NCBI GenBank assembly: GCA_044225365.1
Contig: JBGAIQ010000008.1
Coordinates: 32,001 to 96,000 of the forward strand
Length of the DNA: 64,000 nt
From: Planctomycetota bacterium
GTDB lineage: Bacteria > Planctomycetota > B15-G4 > JADJEK01
Direction: 5' to 3'
How positions within the stretch are numbered: position 1 is the first letter of the stretch; the number at the start of each line of letters is the position of its first letter. The notes under the pieces were generated by a model, which saw nothing but the letters and a program-made list of their open reading frames with translations, did not search any database and had not been told where the DNA came from. Positions 36,371 to 46,743 of this stretch are shown one piece after another. Made by a program: the position numbers and the translations under genes.

Positions 36371-37729
36371 ATGAAGACGCCCCTCTCCCGACTCCCCGTC
36401 CTCGTTGCAGTGGCAACCGCGCTCGCGGGTGCAACCCTCTGCGTCCCATCGGCCCTTGCCGGTTCGTCCTGGCAGCCCGTCACCTCGGCGACCGCCCTCA
36501 GCGCGCACTCGGCGAGCGCTTCGGCCTACGACGAGGTCAGCGGCAAGATGATCCTCTTCGGTGGCTACGACGACACGAGCTACCTCAACGACACGTGGGC
36601 GTTCGACGGCCTCACGTGGACCAAGCTGAACACCACGGGATCGCCGTCCCCCCGAGCGGCCTCGCGCATGGCGTACGACTCCGTCGCGAAGAAGCTCGTG
36701 CTCTTCGGCGGTTTCAACGGCAGCGCCTACCTCGGGGACACCTGGATCTTCGACGGTGCGAACAACACCTGGACCCAGGCGAGCCCGGGCGTATCGCCGA
36801 AGGCCGTCACCGCGCCGATGATGTTCACCGATCCCGTGAACGGCCATGCGGTGGTCTACGGCGGCTACGACGGCCACTTCTACCAGTTGACCACCTACCG
36901 CTGGACGGGAACGACCTGGCAGAACCTGAATCCCGCGACGTCGCCGTGGGCGCGCTCCGCCGGAGCGGTCGCGCTGAATCCCGTGACGCACAAGGTCGTG
37001 CTCTTCGGCGGCCTCGGCAGCGTCAACCCCTGGAACACTTGGGAATGGAACGGCACCAATTGGGCGCAGCTCAATCCGGCCCAACAACCCGATCTCCGCT
37101 ACGACTCCGCGGCGGCGTACGACCCGCACTTCGGCGGCGTGGTGCTCTTCGGCGGTGGCTCGGGCGGTCAGCAGATCGACGACACCTGGCTGTGGAACGG
37201 CACGAACTGGACGCCGATCACCACGAACTCGACGCCCGGGCCGCGCGAGAGCTTCGGCATGGCGTTCGTCCCGGCTCTCAACCACATCGTGATCGCGGGC
37301 GGTGAGGACTCGTCGCAGATCTTCAGCGACACTTGGACCTTCCTCGATCCCGGCACGTTCACGACGATCGGCAACGGAACGGGCGGCGCACTCGGACCGC
37401 CGCACGTCTTCGCGAGCGGCGATCTGACGCCGGGCAGTCTGCTCGGCGCGAAGTTCGACTTCATCAACACGCAGCCGAACGCCCCGGGCGTGATCTTCCT
37501 CGGCACCACGCAGGTGTCCTTGCCCTTCGACGGCGGCTTCCTCTACACATTGCCGATCCAGTTCGCGCTCCCGATCGCGACCAACGCGCAAGGCAAGCTC
37601 TCGCTGACCGCGCCGATCCCGGTCGGCGTCCCGTCGGGAGCGAGCTTCATCCTGCAGGGCTGGTTCCAGGACAACACGTCGATCTTCCACGTCGGCAGCA
37701 CGAACGGCATCCTGGCCACCGTGCCCTGA
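36371..37729 (+). CDS. Secreted Kelch-repeat beta-propeller with the shared C-terminal domain
   Basis: Signal peptide; six (M/A)AYD..LFGG..DTW.(W/F)DG..W repeats. Confidence 0.9.
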   Translation: MKTPLSRLPVLVAVATALAGATLCVPSALAGSSWQPVTSATALSAHSASASAYDEVSGKMILFGGYDDTSYLNDTWAFDGLTWTKLNTTGSPSPRAASRMAYDSVAKKLVLFGGFNGSAYLGDTWIFDGANNTWTQASPGVSPKAVTAPMMFTDPVNGHAVVYGGYDGHFYQLTTYRWTGTTWQNLNPATSPWARSAGAVALNPVTHKVVLFGGLGSVNPWNTWEWNGTNWAQLNPAQQPDLRYDSAAAYDPHFGGVVLFGGGSGGQQIDDTWLWNGTNWTPITTNSTPGPRESFGMAFVPALNHIVIAGGEDSSQIFSDTWTFLDPGTFTTIGNGTGGALGPPHVFASGDLTPGSLLGAKFDFINTQPNAPGVIFLGTTQVSLPFDGGFLYTLPIQFALPIATNAQGKLSLTAPIPVGVPSGASFILQGWFQDNTSIFHVGSTNGILATVP

Positions 37730-37833
37730 CGAGACCCGCATCGCATTCCGTCCCTCGCGGACGGATCCCATGCCTCGCGCGAGCTCGTCATCGCGCGAGG
37801 CGCTCGTCGTTCTCGCGATGCGTGTTACGCCGG

Positions 37834-37859
37834 GGAACTCCCGCGCTACACGTTTCGTC
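37834..37859 (+). promoter_or_regulatory. Possible ECF-type promoter
   Basis: GGAACT-N16-CGTC, about 36 nt upstream of ATG 37896. Confidence 0.4.
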
Positions 37860-37895
37860 CGAAGCGAATCCCTCGCCGTTTGGAAGGAGTGACGA

Positions 37896-39191
37896 ATGGA
37901 ACCGCGACGCAGGCCGAGTTGCCCGTGGCAATTCATCGGTCGGAGCATTGGCCGAAACATAGGTCGAAGGGCCGCACGCGCCGGCCTCCTCGCCGGCCTC
38001 GTTGCGTCGAGCGCCTACGGCGGCAAACACGGGTTCGCGGACAAGCCACACGGTGGTGCGACGGATCCGCGTATCGAGGTGCTCGCATCCACGGGCGCAC
38101 CGGGAATCGCGCTGCAGCCGACGGACGCGGACTACGCCCCCTGCGGCGCCTACCTCTACGAAGCGGCGGACGCGTCGTCGGGACACATGACCGTCGCTCC
38201 GCTCCCGACGCTTCCGGAAACCCTCCCGCTGTCCCACGACCCGACGCTCCACAATGCGTGGATCGCGTTGCGGTTCCCGTTCAAGATCTCGAGCGACAAG
38301 GTTCGCAACACGATCTTCCAGTCGACGTCGCTCGGCATCCCGAACTCGTTCCTCCAATCGACGATCTCGGTCGTCGACGAGAACGGCGCGCACGTGCCAG
38401 TCACCGCGACCGTCGGCGGGGTCGACGCGTTCGGACTGAATCGGTTCGCCGATGCCGGATTTCCACAACTGATGGACGGGCCGAAGAACGTCCTCGCGGG
38501 CAAGGACACATTGCTCCTCATCGCCGAGGAGGGCGACAACGACCTCTCGACCGCAGCGAATTTCGGACCTGACCCGCTGGTCCCCGCGCTCTCGCTGATC
38601 CACGAGATCCACATCGCGATCGAGAGCCTTGGGGGCATCACGATGCATGCCGAGTTCGAGGTCCGGATCGGCAATCTCGGCACCGCGAACCTGTCGGTCG
38701 TCGGCGTCGAAGCGACTCATCCGAAGTCGCCGGCCGAATTCGACGACGACGGGAACCTGGTCGTCGAATCCAACTCCGACTTCCGGATCCGCTTCAACCA
38801 TCCGATCGATCCTGCCTCCGCGGGGATCTCCAAAGCGGTCGCCAAATCTCTGGGTATCCCTTGGCAAAAGAACCTCGCCATCACGACGAGCCCCTGCTCG
38901 GCGACGAGCGCATTCCCTAGCGGCGACCCGATCGCGCCCAACCTCCTTTTCACGGAGCTGACGACGCAGGAGACGCTGGCCTTCGACATTCGGCCGGTCA
39001 ATCCGAACAACCTCGCGGAGTACGTGATCTCGCCGCTCAAGAAGTTGAAGCCGGGGGTGTACGAGGTGCGGGCTCTCGGGATCGACACACATACGGTCGT
39101 GACGAACCAGATCAGCGTGTCCTCCGCGCCGACGACGCAGTACGGCGACATCCTCGCCACGGACGCCTTCTTGTCCTTCGCCGTGAAGTGA
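37896..39191 (+). CDS. Secreted hypothetical protein with a probable Ig-like C-terminal domain
   Basis: GGAAGGAG RBS, Arg-rich signal-like N-terminus, [22 protein letters not shown] Ig-like pattern. Confidence 0.72.
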   Translation: MEPRRRPSCPWQFIGRSIGRNIGRRAARAGLLAGLVASSAYGGKHGFADKPHGGATDPRIEVLASTGAPGIALQPTDADYAPCGAYLYEAADASSGHMTVAPLPTLPETLPLSHDPTLHNAWIALRFPFKISSDKVRNTIFQSTSLGIPNSFLQSTISVVDENGAHVPVTATVGGVDAFGLNRFADAGFPQLMDGPKNVLAGKDTLLLIAEEGDNDLSTAANFGPDPLVPALSLIHEIHIAIESLGGITMHAEFEVRIGNLGTANLSVVGVEATHPKSPAEFDDDGNLVVESNSDFRIRFNHPIDPASAGISKAVAKSLGIPWQKNLAITTSPCSATSAFPSGDPIAPNLLFTELTTQETLAFDIRPVNPNNLAEYVISPLKKLKPGVYEVRALGIDTHTVVTNQISVSSAPTTQYGDILATDAFLSFAVK

Positions 39192-39285
39192 GACGATCGC
39201 GGGATCGAGCTGTGCGACTCCGCAGTTGTCTTTCGGGGTCGATTTCCGTTCTAATGGCACGGTCACCGGACCTGCGGACGGAATC

Positions 39286-40116
39286 GTGCGCGCGAACAAG
39301 AGCCTCCTCGACCTGAAGACCCTCGTCGTGACCGAGCGACCCCTCAAGAAGGTCGTCGTGGTCATGCCGGCCTACAACGCCGAGGGCACCCTCGAGCGGA
39401 CCTTCAAGGACATCCCGCGCGACGTCGTCCACGAGATCATCCTGGTCGACGACGTCTCTCGCGACGGAACCGTCGACGTCGCGCGCGGTCTCGGGATCAC
39501 GACGATCCGCCACGAGAACAACCGCGGCTACGGCGGCAATCAGAAGACGTGCTATCGCGCCGCTCTCGAGGCGGGCGCCGACATCGTCATCATGCTGCAC
39601 CCGGACTACCAGTACGACGCGCGGGTCATCCCCGCGATGGTGCAGTTCCTCCGACTCTCGATCTGCGACGCCGTGCTCGGCTCCCGGATCCGCACCCGCC
39701 GCGAAGCGCTGGCCTGCGGAATGCCGTGGTGGAAGTACGTCGCGAATCGCCTCCTCACGCTCTTCGAGAATCTCGCGATGGGAGTGAACCTCGGCGACGC
39801 GCACACGGGCCTTCGTGCCTACACCCGAGAAGTGCTCGAGACGATCCCGTTCGAGGAGAACTCGGACGACTTCGTGTTCGATTCGCAGTTCCTCTCGCAG
39901 CTCGTCTATTTCCGCTTCCGCATCGGCGACGTGCCGGTCCCGACTCGTTACTTCAAACAGGCGTCGTCGATCGATTTCACGCGCAGTTGCCGCTACGGCC
40001 TGCTCACGCTGTGGTCGATGCTCGAACTGAATCTCGCTCGGATCGGGCTCGTCGATCTCGCACGTTATCGCGACAGGAAGTCGAAGCTCCCCCCGGCCAC
40101 TCCGACGAACCCGTGA
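39286..40116 (+). CDS. Glycosyltransferase family 2 (polyprenol-phosphate glycosyl synthase-like)
   Basis: [40 protein letters not shown]. Start uncertain (39226/39286/39328). Confidence 0.9.
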   Translation: MRANKSLLDLKTLVVTERPLKKVVVVMPAYNAEGTLERTFKDIPRDVVHEIILVDDVSRDGTVDVARGLGITTIRHENNRGYGGNQKTCYRAALEAGADIVIMLHPDYQYDARVIPAMVQFLRLSICDAVLGSRIRTRREALACGMPWWKYVANRLLTLFENLAMGVNLGDAHTGLRAYTREVLETIPFEENSDDFVFDSQFLSQLVYFRFRIGDVPVPTRYFKQASSIDFTRSCRYGLLTLWSMLELNLARIGLVDLARYRDRKSKLPPATPTNP

Positions 40117-41669
40117 AACGGATCGCGGCGGCGGCCGTCCTGTTCTACGTCTTCCTGCTCGTCGCGAAGCTCGTCGCCGCGGCGAGGCTCTCGCTGTTCG
40201 GCGATGAAGCGTTCTACTTCGAATGCGCACGGCGCCTCGCGCTCGCCTACAGCGACCATCCCTTCATGACCGCGCTCTTCGTCCGCGGCGGGATCGAGAT
40301 CTTCGGACCCACGACGTTCGCGACGCGCTTCCTGTTCATCGTGGTCGGAGCGGCGATGCCGTTCCTCGTCTACGCGCTCGGTCGCCCGCACGTCTCAACG
40401 CGCGACGCATTCCTCGGCGCGTGCCTCTCGCTCCTCGTGCCCGCGACGGCGTGGTTCGGAGTGCTCGCGATTCCCGATGCGCCGCTCATGCTCTTCGTCG
40501 GGCTGTCCCTCCTCGCGTTCGATCGAGCGGTTCGCAGTGGCAGTCCGGGATGGTTCGCCCTCGCCGGGATCGCGACGGCACTCGGCCTCGCGACGCATCT
40601 TCGCTTCGTCTTCGTCCCGTTCGCGTTCTTCGTGTTCCTGCTCGCGACACCTCTGGGGCGCGCGCAGTGGAAACGACTCGGGCTCTATCTCTACACGCTC
40701 GTCGCTCTACCCGGCTTCCTCCCCGTGCTGCTCTTGAACATCGCGGAGGACTTCCGCCCATTGAAGTTCCAAGGCGAGGAGCGGCACGAAGGCGGCGCGC
40801 AGCTCGACGGGATCCTGAAGCACGTCCCCGCGCAGATGGCCGCCTGCACTCCCCTGCTCTACGTCGCGCTCATCGCGACGCTGATCGTCGTCACGCGGCG
40901 AGCGTTCGCTTCGCGACCGCAGAAGGAGTCGACTCCCGCGCTCTTCGCGCTCGTCTCCCTCGTGCACCTCGGCGTGTTCTTCGCGACGAGTCCGATCGCC
41001 GACACCTCGCACGCCTCGATCCACTGGCCGGCGCCCGGGTATCTCCCTTTGCTTCCATTCGTGCCGGGAGTGCTTCGGGAGTTCTGTTCGCGCGGCGCGG
41101 TCGTGGTCCGCCGCGCACTCACGCGATTCGCACTGGCGTTCGCCGGAATCGTGTTGATGCTCGCATTCCTCGAACTCATGGCGCATCCGTTCGAGATCGA
41201 AGCCTTGAAGAAGCCGTTCACCGGCTACGAAGTCGCCGCGGCCTCGGTCGAGAAGGAACTCTTGGCGAACCCATCGCACTACGGCGCGCCTCCTCTCGTC
41301 GTCGCGGATCACTACATCCTCGGCGGCAATCTCGAACAGCAGTTGCTCGAAAAGGGCATCGCGATCGATCTCTTCGTCCTCGATCATGCGAAGAACCGCG
41401 AGCACGGGCGAGCGCTGCAGTACGAGCTCTGGCGCATGGACGAGCCTTCGCTCGCAAGGCTTCGCGCGGGACGGACCGCCCTCGTCATCGCCGAGAAGAA
41501 CCAGTCCTCCGGCGGCAAGACGCGCCCGCAGAGCTGGGGTCGCTGGGAGCCCCACATCGCAGGCCTCTTCGAGACGCTCACGCCGCTCGATCGCGTCGTG
41601 AAGGAATCGGGCGGGAAGGAGCCTCGCGACTTCCGCCTCTATCGCGGCGACTCCGTCAAGGGTCGGTGA
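40113..41669 (+). CDS. GT-C membrane glycosyltransferase (ArnT/PMT_2, GT39/83-like)
   Basis: [17 protein letters not shown], multiple TM helices, IPDAP, HWPAPGY; GTGA overlap with the GT2 gene. Confidence 0.88.
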   Translation: MKRIAAAAVLFYVFLLVAKLVAAARLSLFGDEAFYFECARRLALAYSDHPFMTALFVRGGIEIFGPTTFATRFLFIVVGAAMPFLVYALGRPHVSTRDAFLGACLSLLVPATAWFGVLAIPDAPLMLFVGLSLLAFDRAVRSGSPGWFALAGIATALGLATHLRFVFVPFAFFVFLLATPLGRAQWKRLGLYLYTLVALPGFLPVLLLNIAEDFRPLKFQGEERHEGGAQLDGILKHVPAQMAACTPLLYVALIATLIVVTRRAFASRPQKESTPALFALVSLVHLGVFFATSPIADTSHASIHWPAPGYLPLLPFVPGVLREFCSRGAVVVRRALTRFALAFAGIVLMLAFLELMAHPFEIEALKKPFTGYEVAAASVEKELLANPSHYGAPPLVVADHYILGGNLEQQLLEKGIAIDLFVLDHAKNREHGRALQYELWRMDEPSLARLRAGRTALVIAEKNQSSGGKTRPQSWGRWEPHIAGLFETLTPLDRVVKESGGKEPRDFRLYRGDSVKGR

Positions 41670-41830
41670 GCTCCCGTCAGCCGCGACATGGCGTCGCACA
41701 CCCGCACGCCGGGCGATCATGAGGTATCATTCCCGGTTGCCTGCCGGGTGAACCCGGATAGAACGCGCGACTGGGAGATCCGCCCAGCGCTAGAGATCGA
41801 ATCCCCGACCGTTCGAGCCGCCCTACACCG

Positions 41831-44161
41831 ATGCGAAAACGAATCTTCCTCCCGGCGAGCCCCCTCGTCGTCGTGGCCCTTGCCGTCTCGCTGCAAGCTC
41901 GCACCCAGCAGCCCGCGACCGCGAGCAGCGTCCCGACGGAGGTGCAGCTCCCTGGAACGCAGCCGGGAGAGATCGATCCGCTCGCCACCGCGCAGTCGTG
42001 CCAGGTGTGCCATGCGAACTACGACAAGGACGTGGAGCCGTTCCATGACTGGTCGGGAAGCATGATGGCGCACGCGGCGCGCGATCCGGTGTTCTGGGCC
42101 ACGCTCGCCGTCGCGCAGCAGGACTATCCCGGAGCCGGCGACTTCTGCATCCGTTGCCACACTCCGAATGGTTGGCTCGACGGCCGCTCGACGCCCAACA
42201 ACGGATCGGCCCTGAATGCGACGGCCGACAGCGACGGCGTCACCTGTGCGGCCTGTCACAAGCTCACGAATCCCGACCAGTCCGAATGGGTCGGCATGCA
42301 GAACGCGCCGTACCTCGCGCACGACAAGAAGACTCCGAAGACGGGCTTCTACGGCAGCGGGATGTACGTCATGTGGCCCGGCTACGACCTGCTCGGTCCC
42401 TTCCTCGACTCCCCGGCCTACCATCTCGCGCAACAGTCCCAATACCATCGTTCGGCGCAGCTCTGCGGCACGTGCCACGACGTCTCGAATCCCGTGACGG
42501 GCGACCTCGCCCCGAACAACGGCGCATTCACGCCCCTGCTACCCGGCACCTTCAACGGCCAACCCGGCGGCGCGGTGTCGACGAAGGCCGCGTTCAACAA
42601 CTACCCGCACGCGTACGGCGTCGTCGAGCGCACCTACAGCGAACATCAATCGTCCGGCTTCAAGGATCTCCGCGTCTCCGACTTCGACCAGTTGCCGCAG
42701 GAGATGCGACAAGGCTCGATCCGCGATGCCTACGAGGCGGCGATGAAGTCGACGAAGACGGGCGACTACGAGGACGGCACGCCTCGCACCTACACCTGCC
42801 AGTCCTGCCACATGCCGCCAACGCAGGGATTCGCCGATGCGCTCGGCGTCGGTCCGAAGCGCCTGGACATCGCACGCCACTCGCTCGTGGGCGGGAACTA
42901 CTGGACGCCACTCGCGATCGCGAACCTCGACAGTCAGAACAAGCTGACCTTTGGCGGTGGCCTCGCCAGCGATCAGCTCGAAGGGCTCAGCGATGGCGCC
43001 GTGCGCGCGAAGCACAATCTCGAGCGCGCCGCTGCTCTCTCGGTCTCTGGCAATCAGCTCGAGGTCACGAACCTGACCGGCCACAAGTTGATCTCGGGTT
43101 ATCCCGAGGGTCGCCGCATGTGGCTGCACACCCGCTGGTACGACGTCAACGGCAACCTGCTGCGCGAAGACGGAGCCTACGGTGATCTCGCCGTCACGGT
43201 GAACGGGCAAGCGACGACGGTTCGCACGATCCTCGATCTCTTCGATCCGAACACCCGGATCTACGAAGCGCAGCCGGGCATCTCTCAAGCGTTCGCCGCG
43301 AAGCTCCTCGCGCTCGGCAAGAGCCCGACCCTGCCCGTGGCTTTCGACCGAGTGACGGGCAACGTGACGGCGACGCTCGCCGACGTCGGCAACGGCGCGC
43401 CAGGGACCGCGCACCCGACTTTCCACTTCGCGCTCAACGACACGATCCTCTCCGACAATCGGATCCCGCCCTATGCGTTCTCGCGGAAAGAAGCGTCGAA
43501 GCGCAATGCGCTCCCGGTTCCCGCGAGCCAGTACGGCGATCCACCGGCCGACGGAACCTATCGCTGCTACGACGACATCCCGCTGCATCCGCCGACGAAT
43601 GCCGCGTTCGCGAAGATCGATCTCCTCTATCAGCCGACGAGTTGGGAGTACATCCAGTTCCTTCTGCAGTCCAACACGGGACAGGATGCGTTCCTCGCGA
43701 ACACCGGCAGCGATCTCTACACGGCATGGCGACAGACGGGGATGGCGGAGCCGCACGTGATGGCGTCCGCGACCTGGTCGAGCGCGACCTTCCCGTGGGC
43801 CGATCTCGGCAACGCGGTCGTCGGCAAGGACGGCGCGCCCCGCGCCTACGGCTACGGCTCGCTCGCGCCGCGCACTCCGCTCGCGATCGACCTCGAGAAC
43901 GGCGCGCCGAACGCGCCGGCGTTCCTCGTCATCGGCCTGTCCGCCGCGAATCACTCGTTCTACAGCGGAACGCTGGTGCCCGCGCCCGATCTCGTGCTGC
44001 CGCTTCCACCGCTCGATGCGACGGGCAAGCTGCATCTCGTCGGCAAGTGGCCCGCGGCCGTGCCCTCGCAGTTCGCGATGTACGCACAGTTCGTCCTCGC
44101 CGATGACGCGGCGCAGGGCGGTGTGGCGCTCTCCAACGCGCTGCGCGCTACGTCCCCCTGA
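41831..44161 (+). CDS. Secreted pentaheme c-type cytochrome with the shared C-terminal domain
   Basis: Five CxxCH (CQVCH, CIRCH, CAACH, CGTCH, CQSCH), W.GSMMAHAARDP.F, N.TGHKL..GYPEGRRMW, DNRIPP. Confidence 0.9.
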   Translation: MRKRIFLPASPLVVVALAVSLQARTQQPATASSVPTEVQLPGTQPGEIDPLATAQSCQVCHANYDKDVEPFHDWSGSMMAHAARDPVFWATLAVAQQDYPGAGDFCIRCHTPNGWLDGRSTPNNGSALNATADSDGVTCAACHKLTNPDQSEWVGMQNAPYLAHDKKTPKTGFYGSGMYVMWPGYDLLGPFLDSPAYHLAQQSQYHRSAQLCGTCHDVSNPVTGDLAPNNGAFTPLLPGTFNGQPGGAVSTKAAFNNYPHAYGVVERTYSEHQSSGFKDLRVSDFDQLPQEMRQGSIRDAYEAAMKSTKTGDYEDGTPRTYTCQSCHMPPTQGFADALGVGPKRLDIARHSLVGGNYWTPLAIANLDSQNKLTFGGGLASDQLEGLSDGAVRAKHNLERAAALSVSGNQLEVTNLTGHKLISGYPEGRRMWLHTRWYDVNGNLLREDGAYGDLAVTVNGQATTVRTILDLFDPNTRIYEAQPGISQAFAAKLLALGKSPTLPVAFDRVTGNVTATLADVGNGAPGTAHPTFHFALNDTILSDNRIPPYAFSRKEASKRNALPVPASQYGDPPADGTYRCYDDIPLHPPTNAAFAKIDLLYQPTSWEYIQFLLQSNTGQDAFLANTGSDLYTAWRQTGMAEPHVMASATWSSATFPWADLGNAVVGKDGAPRAYGYGSLAPRTPLAIDLENGAPNAPAFLVIGLSAANHSFYSGTLVPAPDLVLPLPPLDATGKLHLVGKWPAAVPSQFAMYAQFVLADDAAQGGVALSNALRATSP

Positions 44162-44945
44162 TCTCCGACTCGGGCGACACGCGCCCCACTCTCATCGCGA
44201 TCGGGAATCGCACGGCGACCATCGAACGTTCGCCGCCGGCGAGACTCGCGAGATGTTGGGCGAACTCTTCGAACACGCCGCGGCGCCCCGCTCGCTCGAG
44301 TGCCCGCACCGCGGACCAGGTGTCGACGTAGGACAGGAAGTCGGCGACCGTCTGGGTCCGCTCGATCCGGAAGGGCGGCGCCGCGATCTCGGCGAACGGG
44401 AACTCGAGGTCACCGTAGCCCCGATCGACGTGCCGACGTTCCGGAGGCCAGTATCCGGCGAGCTCTACGTCGTAGAACTCCCGCAGCAGATCATCGAGCG
44501 CCGGGTCGCCGAGCGCCGAGCGCGGGTAGGTGATGAGCGCGACGAGTGCGCCCGCGCGGGCGACGCGGCGGATCTCGGTGAACCAGGCATCGCGGTCGAA
44601 CCAGTGAGCGGCCTGGGCGGAGACGACGAGGTCGACGGAGTCGGCGGGAAGCGCACTGTGCTCGACGCGACCCACCTCGTATCGAACGTTCGGCGCGCGC
44701 TTCGCGCGGGCGATCTGCTCGGCGCTCGCATCCGTGCCGATCACGCGGGTGAACCACTCCGAGAGCAGGAGGGTCATCTGTCCGGATCCGCATCCGCAGT
44801 CCCAGGCGAGATCCCGCCGCTCGCTCTGCGCGACGATCCACGACACCAGCTCTCGAGGGTAGACGGGGCGGAACTCGGCGTAGCCCTTGGCGTGGCAAGA
44901 GAAGTGATCCTGGAACCCGGGGTCGTCGGAAGCCATGCTCGCCAT
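44148..44945 (-). CDS. Class I SAM-dependent methyltransferase
   Basis: FQDHFS..A..YAEFRP.YP, WDCGCGSGQ, DAS.EQI, AQAAHWFD. Alternative start at 44936. Confidence 0.9.
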   Translation of the reverse strand: MASMASDDPGFQDHFSCHAKGYAEFRPVYPRELVSWIVAQSERRDLAWDCGCGSGQMTLLLSEWFTRVIGTDASAEQIARAKRAPNVRYEVGRVEHSALPADSVDLVVSAQAAHWFDRDAWFTEIRRVARAGALVALITYPRSALGDPALDDLLREFYDVELAGYWPPERRHVDRGYGDLEFPFAEIAAPPFRIERTQTVADFLSYVDTWSAVRALERAGRRGVFEEFAQHLASLAGGERSMVAVRFPIAMRVGRVSPESEIRGT

Positions 44946-45103
44946 CGCGGACCATCGTAGGCGCGACGCGAAATCTTTTCTCTCCGCCTTCTCGGGGGAT
45001 GGAAGCGATTGCGCCGAGGGCAAGGTTTCGACCCGTGCCCCCCGTTCGGCGCGAACCCCGCTTGGAGAACGAGATACGGAAGTCCAAGCCGCGTTCCACG
45101 CTC

Positions 45104-45119
45104 CGGCACGGCGGTCGCA
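45104..45119 (+). promoter_or_regulatory. sigma54-type -24/-12 promoter of the flagellar operon
   Basis: CGGCACGGCGGTCGCA: GG-N10-GC with GGCAC core, about 57 nt before the flgF ATG (RBS AGGAG). Confidence 0.55.
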
Positions 45120-45175
45120 TTCGAGCGCTCGGCCACCCTGAGGCGAACGACGCTCGCGGTGACCAGGAGTGTTCG

Positions 45176-45883
45176 ATGAACGTCGGAATGCTGAATGCCG
45201 CCTCCGCCCTCGAGCTCATCTCGAAGATGCAGGACGCGCACGCCGAGAACCTCGCCAATGCGGCGACGACCGGCTTCAAGAAGCGACTGTCGTCCGCGGA
45301 GGTCTTCTCCAACGCCCTTCGCCAGGCTTCGGGTCTCATCGTGCCGAAGTCGAGCGAGTCGCTCGACTTCACCGAAGGCCAGATCCGCGACACCGGTGAA
45401 CCGCTCGACGTCGCCATCCATGGCAAGGGTTTCTTCGCGATCGAGACGCCTGAGGGTGAACGCTACACGCGAGCGGGCGCCTTCAATCAGACGGCGGACG
45501 GGTTCCTCGTCGACCTCCAGGGGAACAAGGTTGCGGGCGAGACGGGACCGATCCAGCTCGACCCCGCGCGCGGCAAGGCGACGATCGATCAGAAGGGCCA
45601 GATCTTCCAGGAGTCCGAATCCGTCGGAACCTTGAAGATCGTCGAGTTCAAGGACGCGCATCAGCTCGTGGCGGAGAGCGCCGGCCTCTTCCGAGCGCCG
45701 CGCGGCGTGGCGCCGGAGAAGCCGAAGGACTCGACGGTGCATCAGGCCAGTCTCGAGGCGTCCAACGTCGACGTCGTCGACGAACTCGTCCAGATGATCA
45801 ACGGCTTTCGCTCGTTCGAAGCCGCGCAACGCACGCTCAACGGAATCGACCGGGTGAAGAACCAGTCGGTCAGCTCGCGCTGA
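45176..45883 (+). CDS. flgF: Flagellar basal-body rod protein FlgF
   Basis: NLANAATTGFK, TGEPLDVAI.G.GFF, YTRAGAF, LEASNVDVVDELV.MI...RSFE; first of two rod paralogues. Confidence 0.88.
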   Translation: MNVGMLNAASALELISKMQDAHAENLANAATTGFKKRLSSAEVFSNALRQASGLIVPKSSESLDFTEGQIRDTGEPLDVAIHGKGFFAIETPEGERYTRAGAFNQTADGFLVDLQGNKVAGETGPIQLDPARGKATIDQKGQIFQESESVGTLKIVEFKDAHQLVAESAGLFRAPRGVAPEKPKDSTVHQASLEASNVDVVDELVQMINGFRSFEAAQRTLNGIDRVKNQSVSSR

Positions 45884-45954
45884 TCGCGCGATTCGTTCCG
45901 CTTCCTTCGATTCGTCCGAAGAGTCCACCTACTCGCTTTCGGGAGTGATGAGTC

Positions 45955-46743
45955 ATGATGAGGGCCTTGTACACGGCCGCGACCGGGATGAAGGGACAGC
46001 AGACCACGGTCGACGTCCTCGCGAACAACATCGCGAACGTCAACACGAGCGGCTTCAAGCGCAGCCGCGTCAACTTCCAGGACCTGCTGTACGTCAACCT
46101 GAAGCCGGCCGGCGACGCATCGCAGGGCGTCGCGTCGCCCACCGGATTCGAGATCGGCTCCGGCGTGCGCTCGGTCTCCACGACTCGCATCTTCAATCAA
46201 GGAGCGTCGGAGGGCACGGATCGACAGCTCGACGTGGCCATCCAGGGTGACGGCTTCTTCCAGGTGACGCTGCCGGACGGGACGAACGCCTATACCCGCG
46301 ACGGCGCGTTCAACATGGACAGCCAGCAGAACCTCGTGACGAGCGAGGGCTACTTCCTCTCACCGAAGCTCACGCTTCCGCCCAACGTGAAGACGATCGG
46401 AATCAGCCCCGAAGGCGTCGTCACGGTGACGACGGCCGACGACCCGTCGACGCAGACCCAGGTCGGCCAGCTCCAGCTCGCGATGTTCCCGAATCCGAGC
46501 GGACTCGAAGCGATCGGCAGCAACCTGCTGCGCCAGACTCCCGCCTCGGGCGCGGCGACGCTCGTGAATGGCGGTCAGTCCGGCTCCGGCACGCTCGCCC
46601 AGGGCTACCTCGAGCGCAGCAACGTCGACGTCGTCAACGAACTCGTGAACCTCATCGTCGCACAGCGCGCCTACGAAGTGAACTCGCGCGCGATCCGCAC
46701 CAGCGACGAGATGCTGTCGCAGGTCAACAACCTCATCCGGTGA
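45955..46743 (+). CDS. flgG: Flagellar distal rod protein FlgG
   Basis: MMRALYTAATGM, ANNIANVNTSGFK, FQDLLY, YTRDGAF, LERSNVDVV.EL..LI.AQRAYE.NSR. Confidence 0.96.
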   Translation: MMRALYTAATGMKGQQTTVDVLANNIANVNTSGFKRSRVNFQDLLYVNLKPAGDASQGVASPTGFEIGSGVRSVSTTRIFNQGASEGTDRQLDVAIQGDGFFQVTLPDGTNAYTRDGAFNMDSQQNLVTSEGYFLSPKLTLPPNVKTIGISPEGVVTVTTADDPSTQTQVGQLQLAMFPNPSGLEAIGSNLLRQTPASGAATLVNGGQSGSGTLAQGYLERSNVDVVNELVNLIVAQRAYEVNSRAIRTSDEMLSQVNNLIR

